Origin: Flavobacteriales bacterium
Lineage (GTDB): Bacteria > Bacteroidota > Bacteroidia > Flavobacteriales_F > PHOS-HE28
Direction of reading: 5' to 3'
NCBI GenBank assembly: GCA_013360395.1
Contig: JABWBQ010000006.1
Span: 9,637 to 73,636, forward strand
DNA: 64,000 nucleotides
A program made the position numbers and the translations under genes. This document shows positions 10,101 through 17,482 of this stretch, piece by piece. Below the pieces are notes generated by a model. It worked only from the letters and a program-made list of their open reading frames with translations. It was not told where the DNA came from and did not search any database. The stretch's first letter is position 1. Each line of letters starts with the position of its first letter.

Positions 10101-11795
10101 GTCCGGCCACCAGTTGTACAGGTAGGTGCCCGGTGGGTTCACCAACACGTCCAACTGCACCGTCTCGTACTCGCAGATGGTGATCGTGGCGGGCGAAGGC
10201 ACGCCGTTCGCCGTCGGGGTCAGCTGGGGCGGCGTGTCCACCTCCACACTGAAGAAGTACTGCTCCTCGCACTGGCTCAGGTTCTCGTAACCCGTGACCA
10301 CGTACACGTCGCTGCCCGGCGGGGTGAAGGTGTACGTCATCCCGTAATGCAGAGTGTCGGTGGGGTCCGAAAGCGCCGTCCAGAAGGGGTTGAAGAGCGG
10401 GCTGGGCGGGGCCAGCGTCAGGGTGCCCGTGCTGTCCACACCGCAGAACACCGAGTCGATGTTCAGGGGCGGCAGCGGGGTGTAGGAGCCCACCGAGTAG
10501 GCGTAGCTCTCGGCGCTGCCCATGCCGTACACGTAGGCCGACAACCCGCCCGGACAGCTCAGCGTGTGGCTGCCCTGGGTGAGCGGCACGCTGGCGTAGG
10601 CCGCCGTGGGGCACGCCGGGTAGGCGGTGAAGCTCGCCGGGGGTATCAGGGTGCCGTCCAGGGAGACCTGGTTGATGTTCGCCGTCTCGGTGACGATGTT
10701 CAGGTAGTGGTTGGTGATCACCGTGGACGACACCGTGCTGAAGGTGATGTTGTCGATCTGCTGTTCCTCGGCGTTGAGGATCAGCAAGGCCGGGTCGCCG
10801 TTGCCGCTGCAGGTGATGCCCTCCATGAGCTGCGCCACGCTGAAAGGCACGTTGCCCTCGAAGCAGGCCGCCTGGCCAAAGGCGTTCACCTCGGTGAACT
10901 GCCCCGCGTTCAGGTTGATGGGCGCCCCGCCGTTCACCGTCACCACCGTGCCGTTCTGATCGGCCAGGATGCGGTAGGTGTAGCCCGTGGTGGTGGAGTA
11001 GGGCACCGAGAAATACTTGCGGCCCCACACGTTGCGCGGCAGGTTCTGTTCATACACGTGGTCGCAGGCATAACAGCCCTGCGGGATGTTGGTGCACACC
11101 GAACCGCTGAAGACCGCGAAGGGTCGGCAACTGCCGCTTTGGGCCGTGCCCACCACCGTGGAGCCGGTGAAGTCGTCCGTGATGTTGTTCCCCGCCGCCT
11201 TCACCTGGTAGGTCTGGCCCGAATCGAGCTGCACCGTCCACGGCACCCCCGCCGTGTGGCCACCGGCGGTGTTCACCGTGGTGGTGATCTCCACCTCGGT
11301 GTCGTCCTGCGTGGACACGATGAGGAACTCGGAGGCCAGGCCCGTGACGCCCGAAAGCCCACCGTAGGCATGGATCCGGTATTCGGTGCCCAGGGACTGC
11401 ACCGGGTACACCGTGGTGCCGTCGGCCGTGTACTGCTCGAAGTTGATGGCGAAGACCGCCACGGTGTCCTGCGTCTGCACCAGCACCGACTTGTTGTCGA
11501 TGATGTCCGATTGGAAGTGCATGGCCGTGGCGATCGGGATCGTCACCGTGGTGGTGACGTTGGGGCTCACGGAGAAGGCCTGTGTCCAGCCCACCAGCGG
11601 CATGGTCACCACACCCACGGTGGCCACCGGGGAGCTGATGAAGATGTCCAGGCTCTGGGTGGGGTTGCCCTGGTAGTTCTGCATGAAACCGAGCCAGAAC
11701 TCCTTGCCCATTGTGGGTACCACACCCTGGCCGTGGGCCTGGCCCAGGCTGAGCGCCACCACCACGGGCAGCGCGCGCATGATCGTTCGCATCAT
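7191..11795 (-). CDS. giant T9SS-secreted adhesin-like protein with type B C-terminal sorting domain (paralog of 2067..7070)
   Basis: Track ORF starts on TTG at 11858; ATG at 11795 gives MMRTIMRALPVVVALSLGQAHGQ (signal peptide). N-terminal domain GKEFWLGFMQNYQG... is homologous to the neighbouring gene's GTELWTGFMQNAYG.... Repeated LDAGNPG..W.TG.TTQTI modules. C-terminus FTPDGDGVNDLFMPNG...GHVTLVR. Confidence 0.85.
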   Translation of the reverse strand: MMRTIMRALPVVVALSLGQAHGQGVVPTMGKEFWLGFMQNYQGNPTQSLDIFISSPVATVGVVTMPLVGWTQAFSVSPNVTTTVTIPIATAMHFQSDIIDNKSVLVQTQDTVAVFAINFEQYTADGTTVYPVQSLGTEYRIHAYGGLSGVTGLASEFLIVSTQDDTEVEITTTVNTAGGHTAGVPWTVQLDSGQTYQVKAAGNNITDDFTGSTVVGTAQSGSCRPFAVFSGSVCTNIPQGCYACDHVYEQNLPRNVWGRKYFSVPYSTTTGYTYRILADQNGTVVTVNGGAPINLNAGQFTEVNAFGQAACFEGNVPFSVAQLMEGITCSGNGDPALLILNAEEQQIDNITFSTVSSTVITNHYLNIVTETANINQVSLDGTLIPPASFTAYPACPTAAYASVPLTQGSHTLSCPGGLSAYVYGMGSAESYAYSVGSYTPLPPLNIDSVFCGVDSTGTLTLAPPSPLFNPFWTALSDPTDTLHYGMTYTFTPPGSDVYVVTGYENLSQCEEQYFFSVEVDTPPQLTPTANGVPSPATITICEYETVQLDVLVNPPGTYLYNWWPDAQLNDGSLQNPVATPTQSGWFYVSVSTLNGCAVSLDSVYIDVIQGDILLYEASTAVDALCQGDSSQLDLQVHQIIAEDPLDMVLTSMWNAVQGGSISNACGSVFGDALYFDGVNPRQATTAAMNVASGGSVSFAIKIGAAAPPCDDADPGEDVVLEYSTNGGGSWTVMATLWEYLYPNFTTLTYPIPPAAQTAATLFRWRQLNSSGPGNDNWSLDNVAIGAQGTTGLTINWSPAATLSAANIPNPMAYPTTTGWYHVQSTLTGTQCSYQDSVYIEVGAPFSIAMTPDTAICDLGGIQLNAVPSSGTNHTWTWTPNNGTLSATFVQSPIATPATTTEYFVTVTTGQGCSATDSVTITVNQLLGLTVTTLDDDLCQGESTLLDATINGNTTNLVYAWTPAGSLDDATLQDPTATPLTTTTYVLAVTDTISGCVLTEDIEITVSTAYVVTATADTALCDPVGFVLDVQHNVPGAVISWTPTNQLTGANTANPVITFDSTAQYIVVVQDALGCSARDTVNITVSFDDLTFIADSSLCAGESMVIDAGYPGSTYDWSTNATTQTITVSTAGAYTVTITDTLGCQATFTTNVTVDPLPVVTLGPDTSLCIGQNWTMDAGNPGSQYLWNTGATTQTITVNTDDNYQVEVTDGNNCVNSDSIDVVFDPLPVIVLSDTAVCISETIPLDAGNPGSSHLWSTGETTQVIQVDSVSGTYSVVVTTPTWCVDSADAVIDIIPFPVVDLGPDTALCDTDTMHLDAGNPGQSHVWSTGSTAQTTFVTTTQDVWAEVFNGYCTTRDSVAVVFNPLPNYITEEEQVLCLDHWPKKTLLDAGNPGCTYLWNTDEETQTIEVNAYGWYIVEITTPLNCTITDSIEVVEFCPPQCWVPNSFTPDGDGVNDLFMPNGYNIATMEMRVFDRWGEQIFVGQDAEVAWDGKRNGTDVQDGVYVWKLKYRFIEDVHGTLGAERESVGHVTLVR

Positions 11796-11935
11796 GATCC
11801 GTCGGTTCGTTCGGGCCACAAGGTCGGCCGGTGCTGAAAGGTATTGCAGGTTGCGCAAACCGGTCCAGCGGCCGGTGGCGGACCCACCTCATGACGCAGG
11901 TCGGGGCCGGGACGTTGCCAGCCCATCGCACATCA

Positions 11936-13501
11936 TCAGGGCAGGGTCCAGGTGATCTCCAGGTCCCAGCCAAGGCGCACCTGCACCGGCTCCGGATGTG
12001 TGAGCACCACCTCGGGCAGCAGGCCCTCGCGCCAGCGCCCGGGGTCCCAGCGCCCGTTGGCGTTGGCGTCGCGCACCGCTCGGATGCTGTACGTCCCGGG
12101 GGACAACCCTCCCCACAGCACGGTCCGCGTACCGCCCTGCAGCACCGCCCGTCGCACCGCCCGGCCCTGGCCGTCCTGCAACAGGGCGATCAGGCTTCCG
12201 CCGGGGCCGTCGATGGTGAGCTTCAGGCTGCCCACCGTCCCCGGGTCGAAGGCCCCGAGCGTCACCGTGGTGCTGTCGTTCCAGGCGCCGAACACATCGT
12301 GTACCGCCTTGGGTCTCAGCAGGATGGGGCCTCGGTCCCCACCTTGGTGCCGCACCCACAACAACCGTCGGTCCGTCGTGTCCCGGTCCACCGCGAACCG
12401 CACGCTGTCCGCACCGGGGCCGATGGCCACCACCCGTTCCGCATCCACCCGGTCGATGGGCCGGGAGGACCGCAGGGGCACGCCGACCGGCGTGGGCGCA
12501 CCGGCGCGCAGCACCAGGTGGAAGGGCGGACGCAGCGGACGCCGGTAGGTCACCGTGTCCGCCGCGGCGCTGTCCGCCTGCACGATCACCCGCACGCCGT
12601 GCAGCAGGGTGGTGTCCGTAGGCCAGGCCAGCACCGTATCGCGGTCGGAGCCCCACTCCAACAGCCACGCCGGCCGCGGGCCGTCCGCCGGGGTGCGCAC
12701 CGCGAGGCTGTCCACAGGCTTGCTGAAGACCAGCTGCAGCGCGCCTTCCGGCAGCACCCGGTCGTCCATCACCTGCGGTCGGGGGCCCGGTTCGCGGTAA
12801 AGCTCCAACGTGTGCCGGATCGTGTCGCCGGGGAGTGCCACCTCTGCCGGGTCGAAGGCGATCTCCTCCCCGGGCAGGTCGTAGCGCAGGTTGCCGTTCA
12901 GGTCGCGCAGGGCGCGCAGGTTGTAGCGACCGCCGGCCAGGTAGCGCAGCCTGAAGCGGCCTTCGGCATCGGTGCGTGCGATGTACCGCGGCCGCCCGGC
13001 GGTGAACGCCGCGGTGTCGCCGGCCTCGTACAGCAGCACGGCCACGTCCCGCTCCACCGCGCCGGTGTATGCATGGCGCACCGTGCCCGCCACCTCCAGG
13101 CTGTCCACCGCATCGCCTGTGGCCACCACATGCACCAGGTCTTTCGCGGCGTTGCCTTCGGTGAGGTCCACCACGGCCTGGCCCAGGTTGATCACATAGG
13201 TGGTGCCCGCCAGCAGCGGCCCCGGCAGGTCGATCCGCACTTCACGCGGACCGGTGCGGGTCACTTCCAAGGGCGTCTCCAACGGCGGGGAGACCACCAC
13301 GTTCTCGCGCACCTTGCGCAGGTCGATCCGTTCGTCGAACCGCAGGATGAGGGCCCCGCCGGCAAAGCCCGTGGTGCCGCTCGGCGGTTCGGCGGACACC
13401 AATTGTGGCGGGGTCTCGTCCTTGGGGCCGCCGACCGGTTCGCGCACCTGGGCGCAGGCCGAGAGCGCGAGCAACAGAACGGTCGCCGCGTACCGGCTCA
13501 T
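11936..13501 (-). CDS. Ig-like domain-containing lipoprotein (SbsA/Big-type Ig domain plus carboxypeptidase-regulatory-like domains)
   Basis: Residue 185 of track ORF 11936..14053 is M of MSRYAATVLLLALSACAQ (lipoprotein signal, lipobox LSAC), start 13501. The upstream 184 aa are Arg/Gly-rich junk. Followed by TPPQLVSAEPPSGTTGF..., an Ig-like N-terminal domain. The ATGA overlaps the stop of the upstream GAF gene. Confidence 0.7.
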   Translation of the reverse strand: MSRYAATVLLLALSACAQVREPVGGPKDETPPQLVSAEPPSGTTGFAGGALILRFDERIDLRKVRENVVVSPPLETPLEVTRTGPREVRIDLPGPLLAGTTYVINLGQAVVDLTEGNAAKDLVHVVATGDAVDSLEVAGTVRHAYTGAVERDVAVLLYEAGDTAAFTAGRPRYIARTDAEGRFRLRYLAGGRYNLRALRDLNGNLRYDLPGEEIAFDPAEVALPGDTIRHTLELYREPGPRPQVMDDRVLPEGALQLVFSKPVDSLAVRTPADGPRPAWLLEWGSDRDTVLAWPTDTTLLHGVRVIVQADSAAADTVTYRRPLRPPFHLVLRAGAPTPVGVPLRSSRPIDRVDAERVVAIGPGADSVRFAVDRDTTDRRLLWVRHQGGDRGPILLRPKAVHDVFGAWNDSTTVTLGAFDPGTVGSLKLTIDGPGGSLIALLQDGQGRAVRRAVLQGGTRTVLWGGLSPGTYSIRAVRDANANGRWDPGRWREGLLPEVVLTHPEPVQVRLGWDLEITWTLP

Positions 13502-13986
13502 TCGAAGAGGGGTTCCAGCAGGGCGCCCACCTGTGCCAGGGCGTGGGCGTCCACTTCGCTGAAGTCGTTGTGCACGCTGCTGTCGATGTCGAGCACGGCG
13601 GCCACGCGCCCGCTGCGATCGCGCAAGGGCACCACGATCTCCGACCGGCTCAGGGGGCTGCAGGCGATGTGCCCGGGGAATTGCGCCACATCGGGCACCA
13701 CCAGCGTGCGTTCCTGTTCCCAGGCCGCGCCGCATACACCCTTGCCGAAGCCGATGCGCATGCAGGCCACCGGCCCTTGGAAGGGGCCCAGCACCAGCTC
13801 GGCGCCCAGCACGCGGTAGAAACCGACCCAATGCCAGCCGAAGGCCTGGTGCAGGGCGGCGCTCACGTTGGCCATGGCGGCGATGGGGTCGCGCTCCTCG
13901 GCCAGCAGCGCCCGCAATTGGGGCATCAGCGCGGCGTAGAGCGATACCCGGTCCGTGGTGGCGGGCAGCGTAAGCGTGGTCTCCAT
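13498..13986 (-). CDS. GAF domain protein (free methionine-R-sulfoxide reductase-like, YebR/MsrC family)
   Basis: 162 aa single GAF domain (METTLTLPATTDRVSLYAAL...GKGVCGAAWEQERTLVVPDVAQFPGHIACS...) with the conserved Cys pattern of fRMsr. ATG start; 4-nt overlap with the lipoprotein gene. Confidence 0.75.
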   Translation of the reverse strand: METTLTLPATTDRVSLYAALMPQLRALLAEERDPIAAMANVSAALHQAFGWHWVGFYRVLGAELVLGPFQGPVACMRIGFGKGVCGAAWEQERTLVVPDVAQFPGHIACSPLSRSEIVVPLRDRSGRVAAVLDIDSSVHNDFSEVDAHALAQVGALLEPLFE

Positions 13987-14164
13987 GCAGGGGGGAAGGG
14001 CCGCAAAGGTATCGGAGGTGGCGGGGTGGGGCGGACCGGTCGTTATAGATCAAGGAACGGTGGATAACACGGATTCAACTCATAAACGCAATCGGATAGA
14101 CCGACAAGAAGGCTGATCATTTTTTCAGGAGGAGGAGAGGCTCTCGCCCCTCGCTCCTCTCTGA

Positions 14165-14770
14165 ATGGAGGATACGGCCTACCCTTGTGCTGGGGTCCGA
14201 TCCGTTGCAAGAATGAGCCATATCACCGATGAGCAAAGGTGCATCATACAGCGCATGAAGAAGGCAGGTCGCCAGCAGAAACAGATCGCCGAGGCCATCG
14301 GCAAGTCTGCCTCCGCGGTGAGCCGCGAGCTCAGGCGCAACTGCGATGGGCGCAGCGGGGAGTACAACGCCGACCTGGCCGCGCGCAAGAGTGCCCAACG
14401 CAAGAGGGACAAACCCAAGGCAGTGCGCTTCACCGCTGCCATGCGTGCCGAAGTGGAGCGGCAACTGGCCCAAGAGTTCAGTCCGGAGCAGATCGTGGGC
14501 ATGGCAGAGCGCGAGGGCCGCGACATGGTCTCCCACGAGCGCATCTACCAGCATGTGTGGCAGGACAAGAAGCGAGGCGGGACCTTGCACGAACACCTGC
14601 GCACACGCGGCAAGCGCTACCGCAAGCGCGGAGCGGCCAAGGACAGCAGGGGCATCATCGTGGGCAGGGTGGATATCGAACAGCGGCCGGCCGTGGTGGA
14701 GCAGCGCAAGCGCTTCGGCGACCTGGAGATGGACACGATCATCGGCAAGGGCCACCAGGGTGCCGCACTT
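14165..14770 (+). mobile_element. IS30-family transposase, N-terminal fragment (remnant)
   Basis: MEDTAYPCAGVRSVARMSHITDEQRCIIQRMKKAGRQQKQIAEAIGKSASAVSRELRRN...DLEMDTIIGKGHQGAAL is the HTH plus start of the DDE region of IS30 transposases (alternative ATG at 14213). Beyond about 14770 the frame becomes Arg/Pro junk and homology jumps to another frame. A lower-GC segment at 14060..14130 lies upstream. Confidence 0.7.
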
Positions 14771-15749
14771 TCCGCAGGACACCATGTACCTCACCGGTTA
14801 CCGGGGCACCCTGTGCGGCTACGACAGCAGCTGCGTGTTCGCTTACGTGGGCGATACCATCGTGCCCAGCCCCTACCGGGCGCCGGTGCTGCACCACGGT
14901 CCCACCAGCTACGTGGGCTTCGCCTTCAAGTACCAGGGCGTGCCCTACATCACCGGCCTGTTCTACGACCCCCTGCAAGGGCAGTACTACAGCTTCATGC
15001 GCTGGAACGGAGCGGCCTGGGAGGCTGTGCCGGGGTGGAGCACCCTGGACCCCATCAAGGACGTGCTGATCAAGGATGGCTGGCTGTACGTGTGCGGGTG
15101 GTTCTTCGAGGCGGGCGGCGCGCCGGGCAACATGGTGGCGCGCTTCAACGGAACCCAGTGGCAGACCTTGGGCAGCGGGCTTCTGTACGACCTGCCGGCC
15201 AGCAGCTCGGGTGTGGCGCTGGACCTGCACGCGTGGAACGGCGACCTGTACGTGGCCGGGCAGTTCAACTACGCCGGTGGGGTGCCGGCGGAGAACGCCG
15301 CGCGCTGGGACGGCAGCCGCTGGTGCGGCCTGGGGGGCAGCTATGCCATGCAGACCCCGGGTGGGAAAGCGAACGGGTTCACCGTGTGGCGCGATGAACT
15401 GTACATGTCAGGCGGCTTCGTCACCATCGACGGGGACACCCTGTGGCACGTGGCGCGGTGGCTGGGCCAGGTGGAGAACTGCAGCGCCCCGGTGGCGGTG
15501 ATGGAAACGGCGGAGGAGGACCAAGCCCCGTGGTTGATCCCCCTGGAGCCCGGCCGGTGGCGACTTCGACTGCCGACAGGTGTGGTGGGCCAGTTGGCCG
15601 TGTGGGATGCGCAAGGCCGCTTGGTGCTGATGCAAAGCAATGCCCGTGACGGCCACGTTGTGGACCTGGCCGCAGCTGCACCAGGCGTGTATCTGGCGCG
15701 TTTGGAGGAAGCGAACGGTGCGGTGCGATCGGTTAAGGCCCTGCGATGA
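14771..15749 (+). pseudogene. 5'-truncated T9SS cargo gene (beta-propeller-like repeats plus type A C-terminal sorting domain)
   Basis: Frame-3 ORF 14346..15749 makes sense only from about DTMYLTGYRGTLCGYD onward. It has repeated G.F.....W.G..W (propeller-like) and ends WRLRLPTGVVGQLAVWDAQGRLVLMQSNARDGHVVDLAAAAPGVYLARLEEANGAVRSVKALR (type A CTD). There is no signal peptide or N-terminus; it abuts the IS30 fragment. Confidence 0.6.
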
Positions 15750-15763
15750 TGCGTTGATCGCCC

Positions 15764-16450
15764 TCACGCCGTCGCCGCCGTGCATACGCTCACCCGCAGG
15801 TCGGGCACGCACAGCAACGCACGGATGCAGCCTTCCAGGGTGGCGCCGGTGGTGACCACATCATCAATGAGCAGCACATGCGCGCCGGCGAGGGGCCGGG
15901 TGTCGCCGAGCTCGAAGGCCTCCTTCACGTTGGTCCAGCGTTCCCAGCGGCCTTTGCGGGTCTGGGTGGTGGTGCGCACCACGCGCATCAGCCCCTGGTC
16001 GGGCAGGCACAGGGGCCACAGCTCGCGAAAGCCGTCCACCAGCACCTGGCTCTGGTTGTAGCCGCGCTCGCGCAGCCGCCGCGGATGCAGCGGTACGGCC
16101 AGCACATGGTCCACGGTGGCGAATCGGGGACTGGTGCGCAGCGCCTCGGCCATCCACCGGCCCAGCTCGAGCCCCACGGCCTGGTCGCCTTGGTATTTCA
16201 GCCGGTGCAGCATCCGTTGCACGCGGCCCCTGCGGTTGAACTGCAACAGGGCTGCGGCCGCCTGCACCGCCACTTTGCCGTGGAAGAGCCGTTCCACCCG
16301 GTTGTCCGCCTGCAGGTGCATGCCGGTGCGCGGCAGGTCGTGCAGGCAGGGCAGGCACACGGCCCTCTCGTGCGCCATCAACGGGCGGTCGCAGGCACTG
16401 CAGCAGCGCGGAAGGAAGAGGTCGGCAGCATCCAGCAGCCAGCGCCCCAT
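15764..16450 (-). CDS. comF: ComF family protein (phosphoribosyltransferase-type, ComFC)
   Basis: LLDAADLFLPRCCSACDRPL...CLPCLHDL zinc-finger-like N-terminus and C-terminal PRTase motif VLLIDDVVTTGATL. Start chosen at M18 of the track ORF (16450), which fits the typical ComFC N-terminus; ATGs at 16474 and 16501 are alternatives. Confidence 0.8.
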   Translation of the reverse strand: MGRWLLDAADLFLPRCCSACDRPLMAHERAVCLPCLHDLPRTGMHLQADNRVERLFHGKVAVQAAAALLQFNRRGRVQRMLHRLKYQGDQAVGLELGRWMAEALRTSPRFATVDHVLAVPLHPRRLRERGYNQSQVLVDGFRELWPLCLPDQGLMRVVRTTTQTRKGRWERWTNVKEAFELGDTRPLAGAHVLLIDDVVTTGATLEGCIRALLCVPDLRVSVCTAATA

Positions 16451-16560
16451 CCCCGTCGTCGTATGCCGGACCATCCCGGTCGCTGTGTTGATAATTGTCA
16501 TCGAAAGCCCGGAAGCCCGCGGACCGCGGCGGTAATTTAGCCGCCCGAGCCCGAACCCTC

Positions 16561-17475
16561 ATGGACCAGACAACCAGCAACCCCCAACCCTCCAAGCCCC
16601 GTTCCAACGTCGCCCTGCTGGCTTTGGTGGTGCTCCTGCTCATCAGCAATGTGGTGATGCTCTACCTGTTGATGCAGAGCAAGCGCCAGGAAGAGGCCAC
16701 CCAGAGCGAGGTGGTGAAGGTGTCCAGCGAGAAGGAGAACGTGACGCGCATGCTGGAGGACATGCTGGCCCAGTATGACACACTGGAGACCGAGAACGAG
16801 CAGCTGCGCGTGGAGATGGACGCCCAGAAGCAGCAGATCGAGAACCTGCTGGAACAGGTGAAGAAGGGCAACTACAGCCTGGCCAAGGCCCAAAAGGAGG
16901 CCGCCACCCTGCGCAAGATCATGAAGGGCTATGTGGCCACGATCGACTCGCTCAACCAGGTGAACCTGCAACTCACGGCCGACAAGGCCACCCTGACGCA
17001 GGAACTGGGGACCGTGAAGGGCCAGAAGGACGCGTTGGAACAGCAGAGCGCCGAACAACAGGCCCTGATCGCCAAGGGCTCGGTGCTCACCGCCACCACC
17101 ATCAGCGCCGGCGCGGTGATGCTGCGCAACAACGGCAAGCAGGTGGATACCGACCGGGCCAAGAAGGCCGAGATGGTGAAGTGCTGCTTCACCCTCGGGG
17201 AGAACCGCGTGGCCCGCACCGGCGACAAGACGCTGTACATGCGCATCATCAGCCCGGACGGCCAGGTGCTGCCGGCCAGCGAGGCCAACAACCGCTTCCA
17301 GTTCGATGGCGTGGAGGGCGAGTTCAGCGTGAAACGCGAGGTGAACTACCAGGGCGTGCCGGTGGATGCGTGCATGTTCTGGACCGCCAGCGGCGAGATG
17401 CGCACCGGCCAGTACATCGTGGAGGTGTACGAGAGCGGCGGCAAGGTGGGCCGCGCCACCTTCGATCTGAAGTAG
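16561..17475 (+). CDS. membrane-anchored coiled-coil protein (hypothetical)
   Basis: Track ORF starts on TTG at 16495; first ATG 16561 gives MDQTTSNPQPSKPRSNVALLALVVLLLISNVVMLYLL (N-terminal TM). A long coiled coil follows (EKENVTRMLEDMLAQYDTLETENEQLRVEMDAQKQQIENLLEQ), then a C-terminal beta-rich domain. Divergent from comF. Confidence 0.6.
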   Translation: MDQTTSNPQPSKPRSNVALLALVVLLLISNVVMLYLLMQSKRQEEATQSEVVKVSSEKENVTRMLEDMLAQYDTLETENEQLRVEMDAQKQQIENLLEQVKKGNYSLAKAQKEAATLRKIMKGYVATIDSLNQVNLQLTADKATLTQELGTVKGQKDALEQQSAEQQALIAKGSVLTATTISAGAVMLRNNGKQVDTDRAKKAEMVKCCFTLGENRVARTGDKTLYMRIISPDGQVLPASEANNRFQFDGVEGEFSVKREVNYQGVPVDACMFWTASGEMRTGQYIVEVYESGGKVGRATFDLK

Positions 17476-17482
17476 GCCGCGG

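Noticed and set aside
14165-15397. 410-aa ORF taken at face value as an intact IS30 transposase
   Set aside because: Only the first roughly 200 aa resemble IS30. After ...IIGKGHQGAAL the frame becomes Arg/Pro junk while a different frame carries a T9SS cargo fragment, so it is a remnant, not a functional transposase.
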